Of a stretch of DNA of 64,000 bases, positions 33,467 through 45,368 are shown one piece after another (position 1 is the stretch's first letter; each line of letters begins with the position of its first letter). The position numbers were made by a program, and so were the translations under genes. Below the pieces are notes generated by a model that searched no databases, was not told the origin of the DNA, and worked only from the letters and a program-made list of their open reading frames with translations. The stretch comes from the human T2T-CHM13v2.0 reference genome, Homo sapiens: assembly GCF_009914755.1 (NCBI RefSeq), contig NC_060947.1. One strand, written 5' to 3'.

Positions 33467-35830
33467 AATTTCATTTTTAATTTCTCTTTTCTCACATTCT
33501 ACTATAAGCAGTCAAAAGAAGCCATGCCACACCTCAAACAATTTGCTTGGAGATTTCTTCCACCAAATATCCTAGTTTATCACTCTTAAATTCTGCTTTC
33601 CACAAAGTGCTAAGATATGGAAATAATTCAGACAAGTTATTTGCCACTTTGTCATAAAGGTGGTCTTTTTCCAATAAAATTTTCAATATTTTCCAATAAG
33701 ATATTCCTATTTTCTGTCCAAGACCTTTACTTTCCATATTTCTGCCAACATTCTTATCACAACCACTTAGATAATCTCTAAGAAGATTCAGGCTCTGTCT
33801 ACAGCTATCCTATTTTGAGCCTTCAACAGAATCACCCTTAATCCTCCATTGACATCAATCCAGGCTTTTTCTAGCATTACCTTTAAATTCCTCCAGCCTC
33901 TAACCATTAACCAGTTCTAAAGCCACTTCCACATATTCAGATATTTGTTACAGAAATACATGAGTCATTAGTACCCATTTCTGGCTCAGTCAGTTCAGGC
34001 TGCTATAATAAAATACCACAGACTAATTTATTAATAATAGAAGTGTATTTCTTACAAATCTGGAGGCTGGGTATCCAAGATCAAGGCACCAGCAGATTCA
34101 GTGCCTGGTGAAGGCTACTCTCTATGTCCAAGATGACATCTCGTTGTTGAATCCCCCAGAAGGGATGAATGTCATGTACTCACATAGAAGAAGGGGAATA
34201 AAAGGCCTACTTAGTTGCCCACAGCCTTTTCATAAGGCACTAATCCAACCCACAAAAGCAGAGCCATCGTGGCCTAATCACTTCCTACAGGCATCACCTC
34301 TTAATACTGTTTCATTGGAGATTATGTTTCAACATAAATTTTGGTGGGGACACAAACATTCAAATGATAGAAATGCCATTATGGAAAAGGAAAAATTTTA
34401 AGTGGATGCCAGTGGATGAGGGTTCAGGAAGGGTTGGACTACAAGGATACAGCACAATGAACTTTTGGTGGATGATGGAATTATTTCATATTTTGATTGT
34501 GGTTGTGATTACACCTGTTTGCATTTGTCAACACTCATAGAATTATATAACAAAAAGTATGTTTACCATATGTAAAGAGAAAAAATGAATAAACTACCAA
34601 CAAATGTTTATCATTTATTTAATAAGAAATATTGTAATTTGAATAAAAACACTAAAAATGTATCAAGGAAACTTAGTGGTGATCTTCATTTGTATCCAAA
34701 GTCCAGTAAAATGGAAAAAATTATTTCTGTCATTTATGAGCTAATTGGAAATTTGAACACTGGATGTAGAGAATATAATTAGTATGTTGGGTATGATTGT
34801 GGTATTGTGGTTTGTTAAAATAATACCATTGGGAGCTATATTTTTTAATGTATTGAATACTTATGAATGAAATGTGATGTGTAGAATTTTCTTCAAAATA
34901 AATATAAGAAAAAGAAAAGTGAATGGGTGTACTGATAAAAGTAAATATTGATTATGTTGTTTTTGCTGAGTGATTCTTGAACTTGATAATGAATACACTG
35001 TGATTTATCATACAATTCTGTCTATTTTTTTAAATGTGAGATGGTTTGGATATTTGTCCCCGCAATTTCTCATGTTGAAATGTAATCTCCAGTGTTAGAA
35101 GTGGGGCCTGGTGGGAGGTGTTATGGTCATGGGGGCAGATCCCTTATGAATGTTTGGGTGCTGTTCTCACAAAAATGAGTGAGTTCTTGCTGTGAGTTCA
35201 TGTGAGATACGACTGTTTAAAAGTGTGTGGCACCTCCTACATCTGTCTCTTGCTCCCACTCTCACTATGTGACATGCTGTTTCTACTTTACTTCCCACCA
35301 TAAGTAAAGGCTCCCTGAGGCCTCACCCAAAGCCAAAAGGATGCTGGCACCACACTTCCTGTACAGCTCTGTGCAACCATGAGCCAATTAAATCTCTTTT
35401 CTTTATCAATTACCCAGTCTCAGGAATTCCTTCAGAGCAAAAGAAACACATTAACACACAAAATTGTTACCAGGAGTGGGGTTTTACTATAAAGATGCCT
35501 GAAAATGTGGAAAAGACTTTGGAACTGGGTAATGGGCAGAGGTTGGAAGAGTTTGGAGGGTTCGGAAGAAGACAGGAAAATGAAGTAAAGTTTGGAATTT
35601 CTTAGAGACTGGTTAAATAGCTGTGACCAAAATGCCCTTAGAGATATGGACAGTAAAGTACAGGCTAAAGAGGTCTCAGATGGAAATGAGAAAGTTATTG
35701 GAAACTAGAGTAAAAGTAACCCTTGTTACATGTTAGCAAAGAACTCAATGCATTGTGTTCATGCCCTGGGGAACTGTGGAAGTTTGAACTTAAGATTGTC
35801 GACCTAGGGTACCTGGTGCAAGAAATTTCT

Positions 35831-38800
35831 TTCTTTCTTTCTTTTTTCATCATCACATCCTAGATTTATTACAACTGACCTGCAGGCAAAAGGACAGAAC
35901 TACTACATAAACACTTTGATTCCATGTATACAACTTAAATAGAGGAGGAATTCAAACAAGAATACAGGATAAAATATTCCAAAGCTCCAAGAAGCAGTTA
36001 TGTTACTGAGCTCCATTTTTTACAGACAAATAAGGCAATATCCCTGCACATTATCTTTTTGATAATTTTTATACATTTTTCTCTGGTACAAGAGAAAAAT
36101 AACCAGAGCTAACAATGTACAGTTCTTACACTATTTTCACAGTTTGTGAACACTATTCACACTTTTGTTTTAATAAAGATATATTGCAATAAACTCCTTG
36201 CCCTTAAGTTTATAGTTTATAATAATCTATGATTAATACATGAAAATTTCCTTTTTATGTGGTCATCCACACAATAGAATGGTCAGATTCGCTCCTGGAC
36301 AGTCAGAATTGCTTTTATCTCCATTTGCATAATGGCAAAGTGACCCTATGCTGAGCCAGATGGGAAGCTGACAGCAGAGAAACAGATTCCTCTTGAGTCC
36401 CCGGGAACAATGGAGGATGACAGCTTGCTGTGGTCAAAGGGAGACATAAAGCAATGTCTCCTTTCAGAACAGTGGGAAGTCTAAAGTTTAGGATGCCATG
36501 GGGGAGAAGATAAGGAAATAAGGCAAGTAGATCAAAGAGATAATCACTTTTGAATTCTGCAATTTACAGGGATGTGATTTTAAACAGCACCATTCTTCCT
36601 TTATTGTTTGATAGTATTTATGACTGTCACTCTAAGAGGAGACACAGCAATACCTGCCATGATTTGGTTCTGTAATGGCATCACCTGCATATCAGACCAT
36701 GGCTGTTTTATATTCCAGTGTGCTTGAACCATTCACGGTGCTGCTTCACTGTCATACAAAGCCTTAAGGTTCAGTGCCAGGGAGGCCCGAGCAAAATCTA
36801 ATGAGAACCTGGCTAATGAGTAAGTTAAGAAGCGCAAGATACTTAAATGGTCTCTTGTAACAGTGCTGAGGGTTTTGTTTTGCTTTTTATATTTTTTCCA
36901 GTAGGCTTCCAATGCCAAGAAATGGTGTTGTACTACAGGAGGTTCTAGCTGGTGATGAACATAAAGGCTGCCATTTCAGATCCTCATCTGGTCCAATGTG
37001 TCTCTAGAAAAGATGCCTCTTTATCACTTACCACATCGGCTGGGCCCCACTATTCTTAGCCTTTTAAACACTAGCGCATATGAGAGATTTGGGGCTAAAA
37101 ATCCTTGGTAAGAAACATCCCTGGTAATTATAAAGGTTTTTTGATATAAAAAAAGGCAAAATATTGGATTAAGCAAAAGTCACATAGCGACAACAGACCA
37201 CAGGGGAAGGGAAAGAGATTCGGAAACTGAAGACCTGGACCAGTGATGGCAAGAAGGAAACAACTGAGATTTGGTCTTTTGCTGCCTACCAGAAATCTTT
37301 ATCTAATCAATCAAGGCACATTGCTACTAGCTACTTCTCCCTGTTAGTGAGTTAGGATGGCTAAAGTATCAGGCTTAAGACCAAAGGGAAATATATAACT
37401 GCTACAAGTTGTTCCAGATAAAATAGTAGAATTAAAAACATCTGTAAACTTTGCCTTCTGTACTGTTTTCTTCTTTCAGTCCTGGTGGTTTGTGGCAGGT
37501 GGAACATCAAGTTGGCAGCACACCGAATTCTGAGAATGAAAAATTATTAGGATCAGCTCCTTCTTTGACAAGTGGCAGACTCCTGAGTCTTCCCAATGCA
37601 AAGTAGGACTGGTAAAGGAGAAAAGAACACATCTGGTCCTGTCTCAATATTTTAATGTTCACCTCTTTGAACGCAACATGGTTTTTGGTAAAGATAAATT
37701 CATTCTAATTTAACATGATATGTCAAACAGGAAATTTGGCTGAGCACATCAATCCCCAAACATCAACTGTAACTGTAAAGCAACAGAATATCACATCAGT
37801 AAATCTATTGCACTTGGTGAAGAAAGTAAATTCCTCCTTTGTCTCCTAGCTCCAGAAGGCAATGTGTCTCGTTGGCTGTGCAAGCTCTTCTCACTCAAGC
37901 CTGAGTCTCTATGTTCAGACATAGTACATCCATCACCGTGTCCTTCCAGGATTTGGAAGTCTGATAAAACACCATTCCAGTAGCTGCATCTCCAGGTTTG
38001 GAGTCTATAAATGAATATAAGATGTGATCTAATCACAGTCAACAACTTGATCATACTGACTTCTACATTTCATGAATATGTTCATCACAAAAGAGCAGGA
38101 TGAGGTCTCTCTGACCAGCACTAACACTGTGTGATCAATCAGGTATTACCAGGATGCACGTTCTAGGTGACAGGAATATGTAGACATGATGGAAATGAAC
38201 ACCAATGTCATTGCACATGGTGTCTGGGTGAGCAATAAAAACACTGTGATAGGGATGAAAATTCTTTACCTTTTGCTTCCTCTCAGCCCTTTTTTTTAGT
38301 CTGATGTAGCAGCGATATCAAACAACATACATGGGAAAGCTGGGAGTAGCTGGCATTTGATCCAGGATTTGACAAAACATAGCATGCGACTTCAATGGTA
38401 CGTTCTTCATAAATCAAAATAAAAAGATGTTTCAGAAGCTCTTTATGCTGTGGTCTTTTGGATTCATCCTTCGTAAGGCACAAGTTGACAAAGTTGATGA
38501 AACTTGGGGAGAATTCGTTTTCCTCAGAATTACTCAGCTGCGGAGGATCTCCTTTCACGACTTGTGTTAGTTGATCAAATACACTATTCCACTTTGGATA
38601 AGGAAATCAGCCCGTGGCCAACTCACACAATGTGATCCCCAAACTCCAGACATCAGAGCAGACATCATATGCTTGTCATGATGCACTTGGGTCTATTCTT
38701 TCAGGTGCCATGTATGGCCTACAGCCAGCATCTTCTGTCTTGGCAATAGAGTCCACAAGCTGCCCACTGATGCCAAAGTCACAGAGTTTAATATTTTCAC

Positions 38801-39565
38801 TTCTGTCCAGAAGAATATTGGAAGGTTTGATATCTCTGTGAATAATTTTCAAGTTTTCTTTTAAGTGATTTAATGCTTTCACAGATGCTAAAGTGATTCT
38901 GCCTAAAATTTCTTCTGGAATAACATCATCTAATACACTATACACATATTTGTAAAACTTATCAAACGAGATAGACATGAGTTCCATACAGGTCCAACAG
39001 TCACCCTGTCTGTAGAGTGCATCATAAAACTGAACAATGTAAGGGCAATCACTACTCTGCATTACTTCATCCAAATCCGTAAGAGGTTGTTTTTGTTCTT
39101 TTTCATTCACTGTTGACCGAATTCTTTTAACTGCCATTATTTGCCCACTTGGTTTGTGGACCATTTTGTTGGCAGAACCATAAACTCCTCATCCAATTTC
39201 TCCAAGGTCTTTCAAGTCCTCTGCAGTGAAATCCCAGTGTTGTTCAGGGGAGATCTTCAGTTTTCCTGATGACTCAATGCTGTGTGATCTCAGTCTCTCT
39301 ATGTGTGGGTTTTGAACTCCTGTAGGATTGGGATTCAGAGTAAACCTTGCTGTAGATTTGAAAGGTGGATTTGCAAAATTCAACTTCAGTGCTTTGCGTT
39401 TACCCTGCATGCTGCTGATGGCTGGGTGGCCTGGCTTCAGGGATCCTACAGGTCCCGGGGTGAGGCTGCCGCTGCTGCCCCCGGAGCCGCAGCCGCCGCT
39501 CAGGCTCGGAGCTGCCATTGTTGGGAGTGAGGAGCCAAGCGACGCCGTGGCGGCTGCAATGCAGC
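35831..39565 (-). pseudogene. MAP2K4P1: MAP2K4 (MKK4) processed pseudogene, full-length mRNA copy; probably MAP2K4P1
   Basis: Intronless MKK4 CDS 39518-38318 (KRKALKLNF, MAVK, HRDIKPSN, DFG, DSIAKT, APE) with TGA at codons 110, 281, 304 and +1 at about codon 381. 47-nt 5'UTR, about 2.5-kb 3'UTR, AATAAA near 35870, decayed poly(A) at 35831-35847. 19-bp TSD cctggt(g/a)caagaaatttct at 35812-35830 and 39566-39584. The symbol is recalled, not looked up. Confidence 0.96.
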
Positions 39566-40762
39566 CCTGGTACAAGAAATTTCTAAGCAGGAAAGCATTC
39601 AAGATGTAGCCTGGTTGCTTATAACAGCATATTATCAGATATAGGAGCAAATAAATGACGAAGTTGGTACTTATATTTAAAAGGAAAGTAGAGCATAAGT
39701 TCAGAAAATGTGCATCTTAGCCCTGTGGTAAAGAAAGAATCCAAGCAGACTGTAGAGCAATCACTTGCTAGAGAGATTAGCATTACTAAAAGGGAGCCAA
39801 GTGCTAATATCCAAGACAATGAGGGAAAAAAAAGACTAGGAGGCATTTCAGAAGTCTTTGGGACAGCCCAGAGGTCTACCAGGAAATAATGGTTTCAGGG
39901 CCAAGCCCTGGGCTGTGCTATACTACACAGCCTCAGGACACTGCTCTTCATATCCTGGCTGCTCTGGCTCCAGCCTTGGCTCAAAGGGGTCCAGGACACT
40001 GCTTCAGAGGGCACAAGCTGTAAACCAGCAGCTTCCATGTGGTGTTAAGCCTGTGGACACAAAGAATGCAAGAGTAAAGGAGGCTTGGCAACTTCCACCT
40101 AAAATTTCAAAGGTTGTATGAGAAAGCATGGGTACCCAGGCAGAAACTTGCCACAGAAATGGAGCTACAACAGAGTGTCTCTACTAGGGCAGTGCTGAGG
40201 GGAAATGTGACATTGCAGTTCCAATACAGACTCTCCACCAGGTCACTGCCTAATGGAGCTGTGAGAGGGGGCTGCCATCCTCTAGACCCAAGAATAACGG
40301 AGGTAAGGGCAGCTTGCACCCTCAGCCTGAAAAAGTCATAAGCACTGGACTCCAACCCATCAGGGCAGCCATGTCAGCTGGATTCAGCAATTCCATAGAA
40401 GCAGAGCTACCCATGGCTTTAGAAGTCCTCTCCTCACACCAGTGTGCCCTGGATGCAGGACATCAAGTCAAATGAGATTATTTTGGAGCTTTAAGAGTTA
40501 ATGAGTATCCTGTTGGGTTTAAGACTTGTGTGAGGCCTATTAGCCCTTTCTCTTGGCTGAATTCTCTCTTTTGGAATTGGATGTTTACCCAATGCCAGTA
40601 CCACCATTATATCTTGGGAGTAAATAACTTGATTTTGATTCTACAGGTTCATAGATGGAAGGAACTTGAGTCTCAGATGAGGCTTTGGAAATTGGACTTG
40701 GGAACTTTTGAGTTGGGGCTGAAACAAGTTAAGACTTGGGGGGACAACTGAGAAGGGATCAT

Positions 40763-41488
40763 TGTCAGGCCTTTGAGCCCAAGCTAAGCCATCATATCCC
40801 CTGTGACCTGCACATATACATCCGGATGGCCTGAAGTAACTGAAGAATCACAAAAGAAGTGAAAATGGCCTGTTCCCACCTTAACTGATGACATTACCTT
40901 GTAAAATTCCTTCTCCTGGCTCATCCTGGCTCAAAAGCTCTCCCACTGAGCACCTTGTGACCCCCATCCCTGCCTGCCAGAGAACAACCTCCTTTGACTG
41001 TAATTTTCTTTTTCTTTTTTTTTTTTTTTTGAGATGGAGTCTGGCTCTGTCACCCAGGCTGGAGTGCAGTGGCGCGACTTGGCTCACTGCAACCTCCGCC
41101 TCCTGGATTCATGCCATTCTCCTGCCTCAGCCGCCCAAGCAGCTGGGACTATAGGTGCCTGCCACCATGCCTGGCTAATTTGTGTGTATGTGTGCATTTT
41201 TAGTAGAGACAGGGTTTCACTATGTTAGTCAGGCTGGTCTCAAACTCCTGATCTCTTGATCTGCCCACCTCGGCCTCCCAAAGTGCTGGGATTACAGGCA
41301 TGAGCCACCGCGCCCAGCCTTGACTGTAGTTTTCCTTTACCTACCCAAATCTTATAAAACGGCCCCACCCCATCTCCCTTCCCTGACTCTCTTTTTGGAC
41401 TCGGCCCGCCTGCACCCAGGTGAAATAAACAGCCTTGTTGCTCACACAAAGCCTGTTTGGTGGTCTCTTCACAGGGATGCAAGTGAAA
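40763..41488 (+). promoter_or_regulatory. HERV-H 5' LTR (LTR7 family, short LTR7B-like type), split by an Alu
   Basis: tgtcaggcc...gtgaaa; TATA tataaaa at 41353-41359; AATAAA in R. Confidence 0.93.
41009..41319 (-). mobile_element. Alu (mixed late-AluS/AluY diagnostics) inserted in the HERV-H 5' LTR
   Basis: Full dimer; TSD ttgactgta(a/g)ttttc at 40994-41008 and 41320-41334; absent from the 3' LTR. Confidence 0.95.
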
Positions 41489-41490
41489 TT

Positions 41491-41508
41491 TGGTGCCATG
41501 ACTCAGAC
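41491..41508 (+). other. tRNA-His primer binding site
   Basis: tggtgccatgactcagac directly after the 5' LTR, similar to the HERV-H PBS tggtgccgtgactcggat. Confidence 0.88.
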
Positions 41509-41952
41509 TGGGGGACTTCCCTTGGGAGATCAATCCCCTGTCCTCCTGCTCTTTGCTCCGTGAGAAAGATCCACCTACGACCACGGGTCCTCAGACCAAC
41601 CAGCCCAAGGAACATCTCACCAATTTTAAATTGGGTAAGCAGCCTCTTTTTACTCTCTTCTCCAACCTCTCTCACTATCCCTCAACCTCTTTCTCCTTTC
41701 AATCTTGGTGCCACACTTCAGTCTCTCCCTTCTCTTAATTTCAGTTCCTTTCCTTTTCTGGTAGAGACAGGAGATGCATTTTATCCATGAACCCAAAACT
41801 CTGGCACCAATCACGGACTCAGGAAGACAGTCTTCCCTTGGTGTTTAATCATATGGGGATGCCTGCTTGATTATTCACCCACGTTTCAGAGCTGTCTGAC
41901 CATGCAGGGATGCCTGCCTTGGTCCTTCACCCTTAGCAGCAATCACTGCTTT

Positions 41953-42205
41953 TCTGGGGGGCAAGCACCCCCCCCAACCCCTTCTCTAGATGTCTCTACC
42001 CATTTTCCACTTTCCTGGTGGGCAAGCACCTCCCATCCCTTCTCCACTTTCCTGGGGGGCAAGCACCCCCCACTCCTTCTCTCCATTTCCCCACCCCTTG
42101 TCCACTTTCCTGGGGGGAAGCACCCCCCCCACCCCTTCTCTCTGTGTCTCTACCCTCTCTTTTCTCTCCACTTTCCAGGGGGGCAAGCACCCCCCACCCC
42201 TTCTC
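41953..42205 (+). repeat. Five-copy imperfect tandem array of GGGGGGCAAGCACCCCCC units in the HERV-H leader
   Basis: Units near 41955, 42015, 42053, 42110 and 42177, separated by pyrimidine-rich spacers. Confidence 0.88.
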
Positions 42206-45200
42206 TCCATGCTATCCTCTCTTTTCTCTGGACTTGTCTCCTTCATTATAGGCAACCACCCTCCATTCCTCCTTCTTCTCCCTTAGCCTGTATTCTCAAG
42301 AACTTAAAACCTCTTTAACTCACACTGACCTAAAACCTAAATGCCTTATTTTCTTCTGCAATGCCGCTTAACCCCAATACAAACTCGATAATGGCTCTAA
42401 ATGGCCAGAAAACGGCACTTTCGATTTCTCCATCCTACAAGACCTAAATAATTCTTGTCGTAAAATGGGCAAACGGTCTGAGGTGCCTGATGTCCAGGCA
42501 TTCTTTTACACATCGGTCCCTCCCTAGTCTCTGTTCCCAATGCAACTCATCCCAAATCTTCATTCTTTCCCTCCTGCTTGTCCCCTCAGTCCCAACCCCA
42601 AGCATCGCTGAGTCTTTCCAATCTTCCTTTTTTATGGACCCATCTGACCTCTCCCCTCCTCCCTAAGCTGCTCCTCGCCAGGCCAAGCTAGGTCCCAATT
42701 CTTCCTCAGCCTCCGCTCCCCCACCCTATAATCCTTTTATCACCTCCCCTCCTCACACCCGGTCTGCCTTACAGTTTCGTTCCGCAACTAGCCCTCCCCC
42801 ACCTGCCCAGCAATTTCCTCTTAAAAAGTTGCCTGGAGCTAAAGGCATAGTCAAGGTTAATGCTCCTTTTTCTTTATCCAACCTCTCTGAAATCAGTTAG
42901 CGTTTAGGCTCTTTTTCATCAAATATGAAAAACCTAGCCCAGTTCATGGCCCATTTGGCAGCAACCCTTAGACCCTTTACAGCCCTAGACCCTGAAGGGT
43001 CAGAAGGCTGTCTCATTCTAAATATGCATTTTATCACCCAGTCAGCTCCTGAAATTAGAATAAAGCTCCAAAAATTAAATTCCAGCCCTCAAGCTCCACA
43101 ACAGGACTTAATTAACCTCACCTTAAAGGTGTACAATAATAGAGTAGAGGCAGCCAAGTAGCAATGTGTTTCTGAGTTGCAATTCCTTGCCTCCATTGTG
43201 AGACAAACCCCAGCCATATCTCCAGCACACAAGAACTCCAAACGCCTGAACCGCAGCTGCCAGGAGTTCCTCCAGGACATCCTCCCCCAGGAGCTTGCTA
43301 CAAGTGCCAGAAATCTGGCCACTGGGCGAAGGAATGCCTGCAGCCCAGGATTCCTGCTAAGCCACATCCCATCTGTGCAGGACCCCACTGAAAATCAGAC
43401 TGTTCAACTCACCTGGCAGCCACTCCCAGAGCCCCTGGAACTCTGGCCCAAGGCTCTCTGACTGACTCCTTCCCAGGTCTTCTTGGCTTAGTGGCTGAAG
43501 ACTGATGCTTCCCAATCGCCTTGGAAGCCCCTTAGACCATCACAGATGCCAAGCTTCGGGTAACTCTCACAGTGGAGGGTAAGTCCATCCCCTTCTTAAT
43601 CTTAATCATTATGGAGGCTACCCACTCCACGTTACCTTCTTTTCAAGGGCCTGTTTCCCTTGCCTCCATAACTGTTGTGGGTATTGACAGCCAGGCTTCT
43701 AAACCTCTTAAAACTCCCCAACTCTAGAGACAACTTGGACAGTGTTCTTTTATGCACTCCTTTTTAGTTATCACCACCTGCCTAGTTCCCTTATTAGGCT
43801 GAAACATTTTAACTAAATTATCTGCTTCCCTGACTATTCCTAGGCTACAGCCACACCTCATTGCTGCCCTTTTCCCCAGTTCAAAGCCTCCTTCACATCC
43901 TCCCCTTGTATCTCCCCACCTTAACCCACAAATATGGGACACCTCTACTCCCTCCCTGGCAACCAATCACACACCCATTACTATCCCATTAAAACCTAAT
44001 CACCCTTAACCCGCTCAATGCCAATATCCCATCCCAAAGCATGTTTTAAAAGGATTAAAGCCTGTTATCACTTGCCTGTTACAGCATGGCCTTTTAAGGC
44101 CTATAAACTCTCTTTACAATTCCCCCATTTTACCTGTCCAAAAACCAGACAAGCCTTACAGGTTAGTTCAGGATCTGCCCCTTATCAACCAAATTGTCTT
44201 GCCTATCCACTCCATAGTGCCAAACCCATATACTCTCCTATCCTCAATACCTCCCTCCACAACCCATTATTCTGTTCTGGATCTCAAACATGCTTTCTTT
44301 ACTATTCCTTTGCACCCTTCATCCCAGCCTCCCTTCACTTTCACTTAGACTGACCCTGACACCCATCAGGCTCAGCAAATTACCTGGGCTGTACTGCCTC
44401 AAGGCTTCACAGACAGCCCCCATTACTTCAGTCAAGCCCAAATTTATTCCTCATCCATTACCTATCTTGACATAATTCTTCATAAAAACACACGTGCTCT
44501 CCCTGCTGATCATGTCCAACTAATCTCCCAAACCCCAATCCCTTCTACAAAACAACAACTCCTTTCCTTCCTAGGCATGGTTAATATGGTCAGAATTCTT
44601 ACACAAGAGCTGGGACTGTGCCCTGTAGCCTTTCTGTCCAAACAACTTGACCTTATTGTTTTAGCCTAGCCCTCATGTTGGTGTGGAGTGGCTGCCACTG
44701 CCTTAATACTTTTAGAGGCCCTCAAAATCACAAACTATGCTCAACTCACTCTCTACAGTTCTCATAACTTCCAAAATCTATTTTCTTCCTCCCACCTGAC
44801 GCATATACTTTCTGCTCCCTGGCTCCTTCAGCTATACTCACTCTTTGTTGAGTCTCCCACAATTACCATTGTTCCTGGCCCGGACTTCAATCTGGCCTCC
44901 CACATTATTCCTGATACCACACCTGACCCCCATGACTGTATCTCTCTGATCCACCCAACATTCACTCCATTTCCCCATATTTACTTCTTTCCTGTTCCTC
45001 ACCCTGAACACACTTGGTTTATTGATGGCAGTTCCACCAGGCCTAATCGCCACTCACCAGCAAAGGCAGGTGATGCTACAGTATCTTCCACACCTATCAT
45101 TGAGGCACCACTCTGCCCCCCTCCACTACCTCTCAACAAGCCAAACTCATTGCCTTAACTGGAGCCCTCACTCTTGCAAAGGGACTACGCATCAATATTT

Positions 45201-45368
45201 ACACTGACTCTAAATATGCCTTCCATATCCTGCACCACCATGCTGTTATATGGGCTGAAAGAGGTTTCCTCACTATGCAAGGGTCCTCCATCATTAATGC
45301 CTCTTTAATAAAAACGCTTCTCAAAACTGCTTTACTTCCAAAGGAAGATGGAATCATTCACTGTAAAG

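Larger units (their letters stand above)
31147..34372 (-). mobile_element. Complete MaLR element, MLT1A-like (LTR 31147-31549, internal region, LTR about 33982-34372)
   Basis: Two homologous LTRs of about 400 bp around a MaLR internal region; perfect 5-bp TSD ATGCC at 31142-31146 and 34373-34377. Confidence 0.88.

Noticed and set aside
38676-39164. 162-aa kinase-domain ORF as a functional kinase
   Set aside because: Starts at Met119 after the Gly-rich loop and stops at codon 281, so most of the C-lobe is missing.
39189-39650. 153-aa ORF suggesting an N-terminally extended MKK4 fusion with MaLR sequence
   Set aside because: It starts at TTG, not ATG; the first in-frame ATG is the native one at 39518.
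41491-41508. tRNA gene
   Set aside because: Only an 18-nt primer binding site complementary to the tRNA-His 3' end.
41953-42205. CRISPR-like repeat-spacer array
   Set aside because: Eukaryotic ERV context; spacers are related to each other and vary in length; no cas genes.
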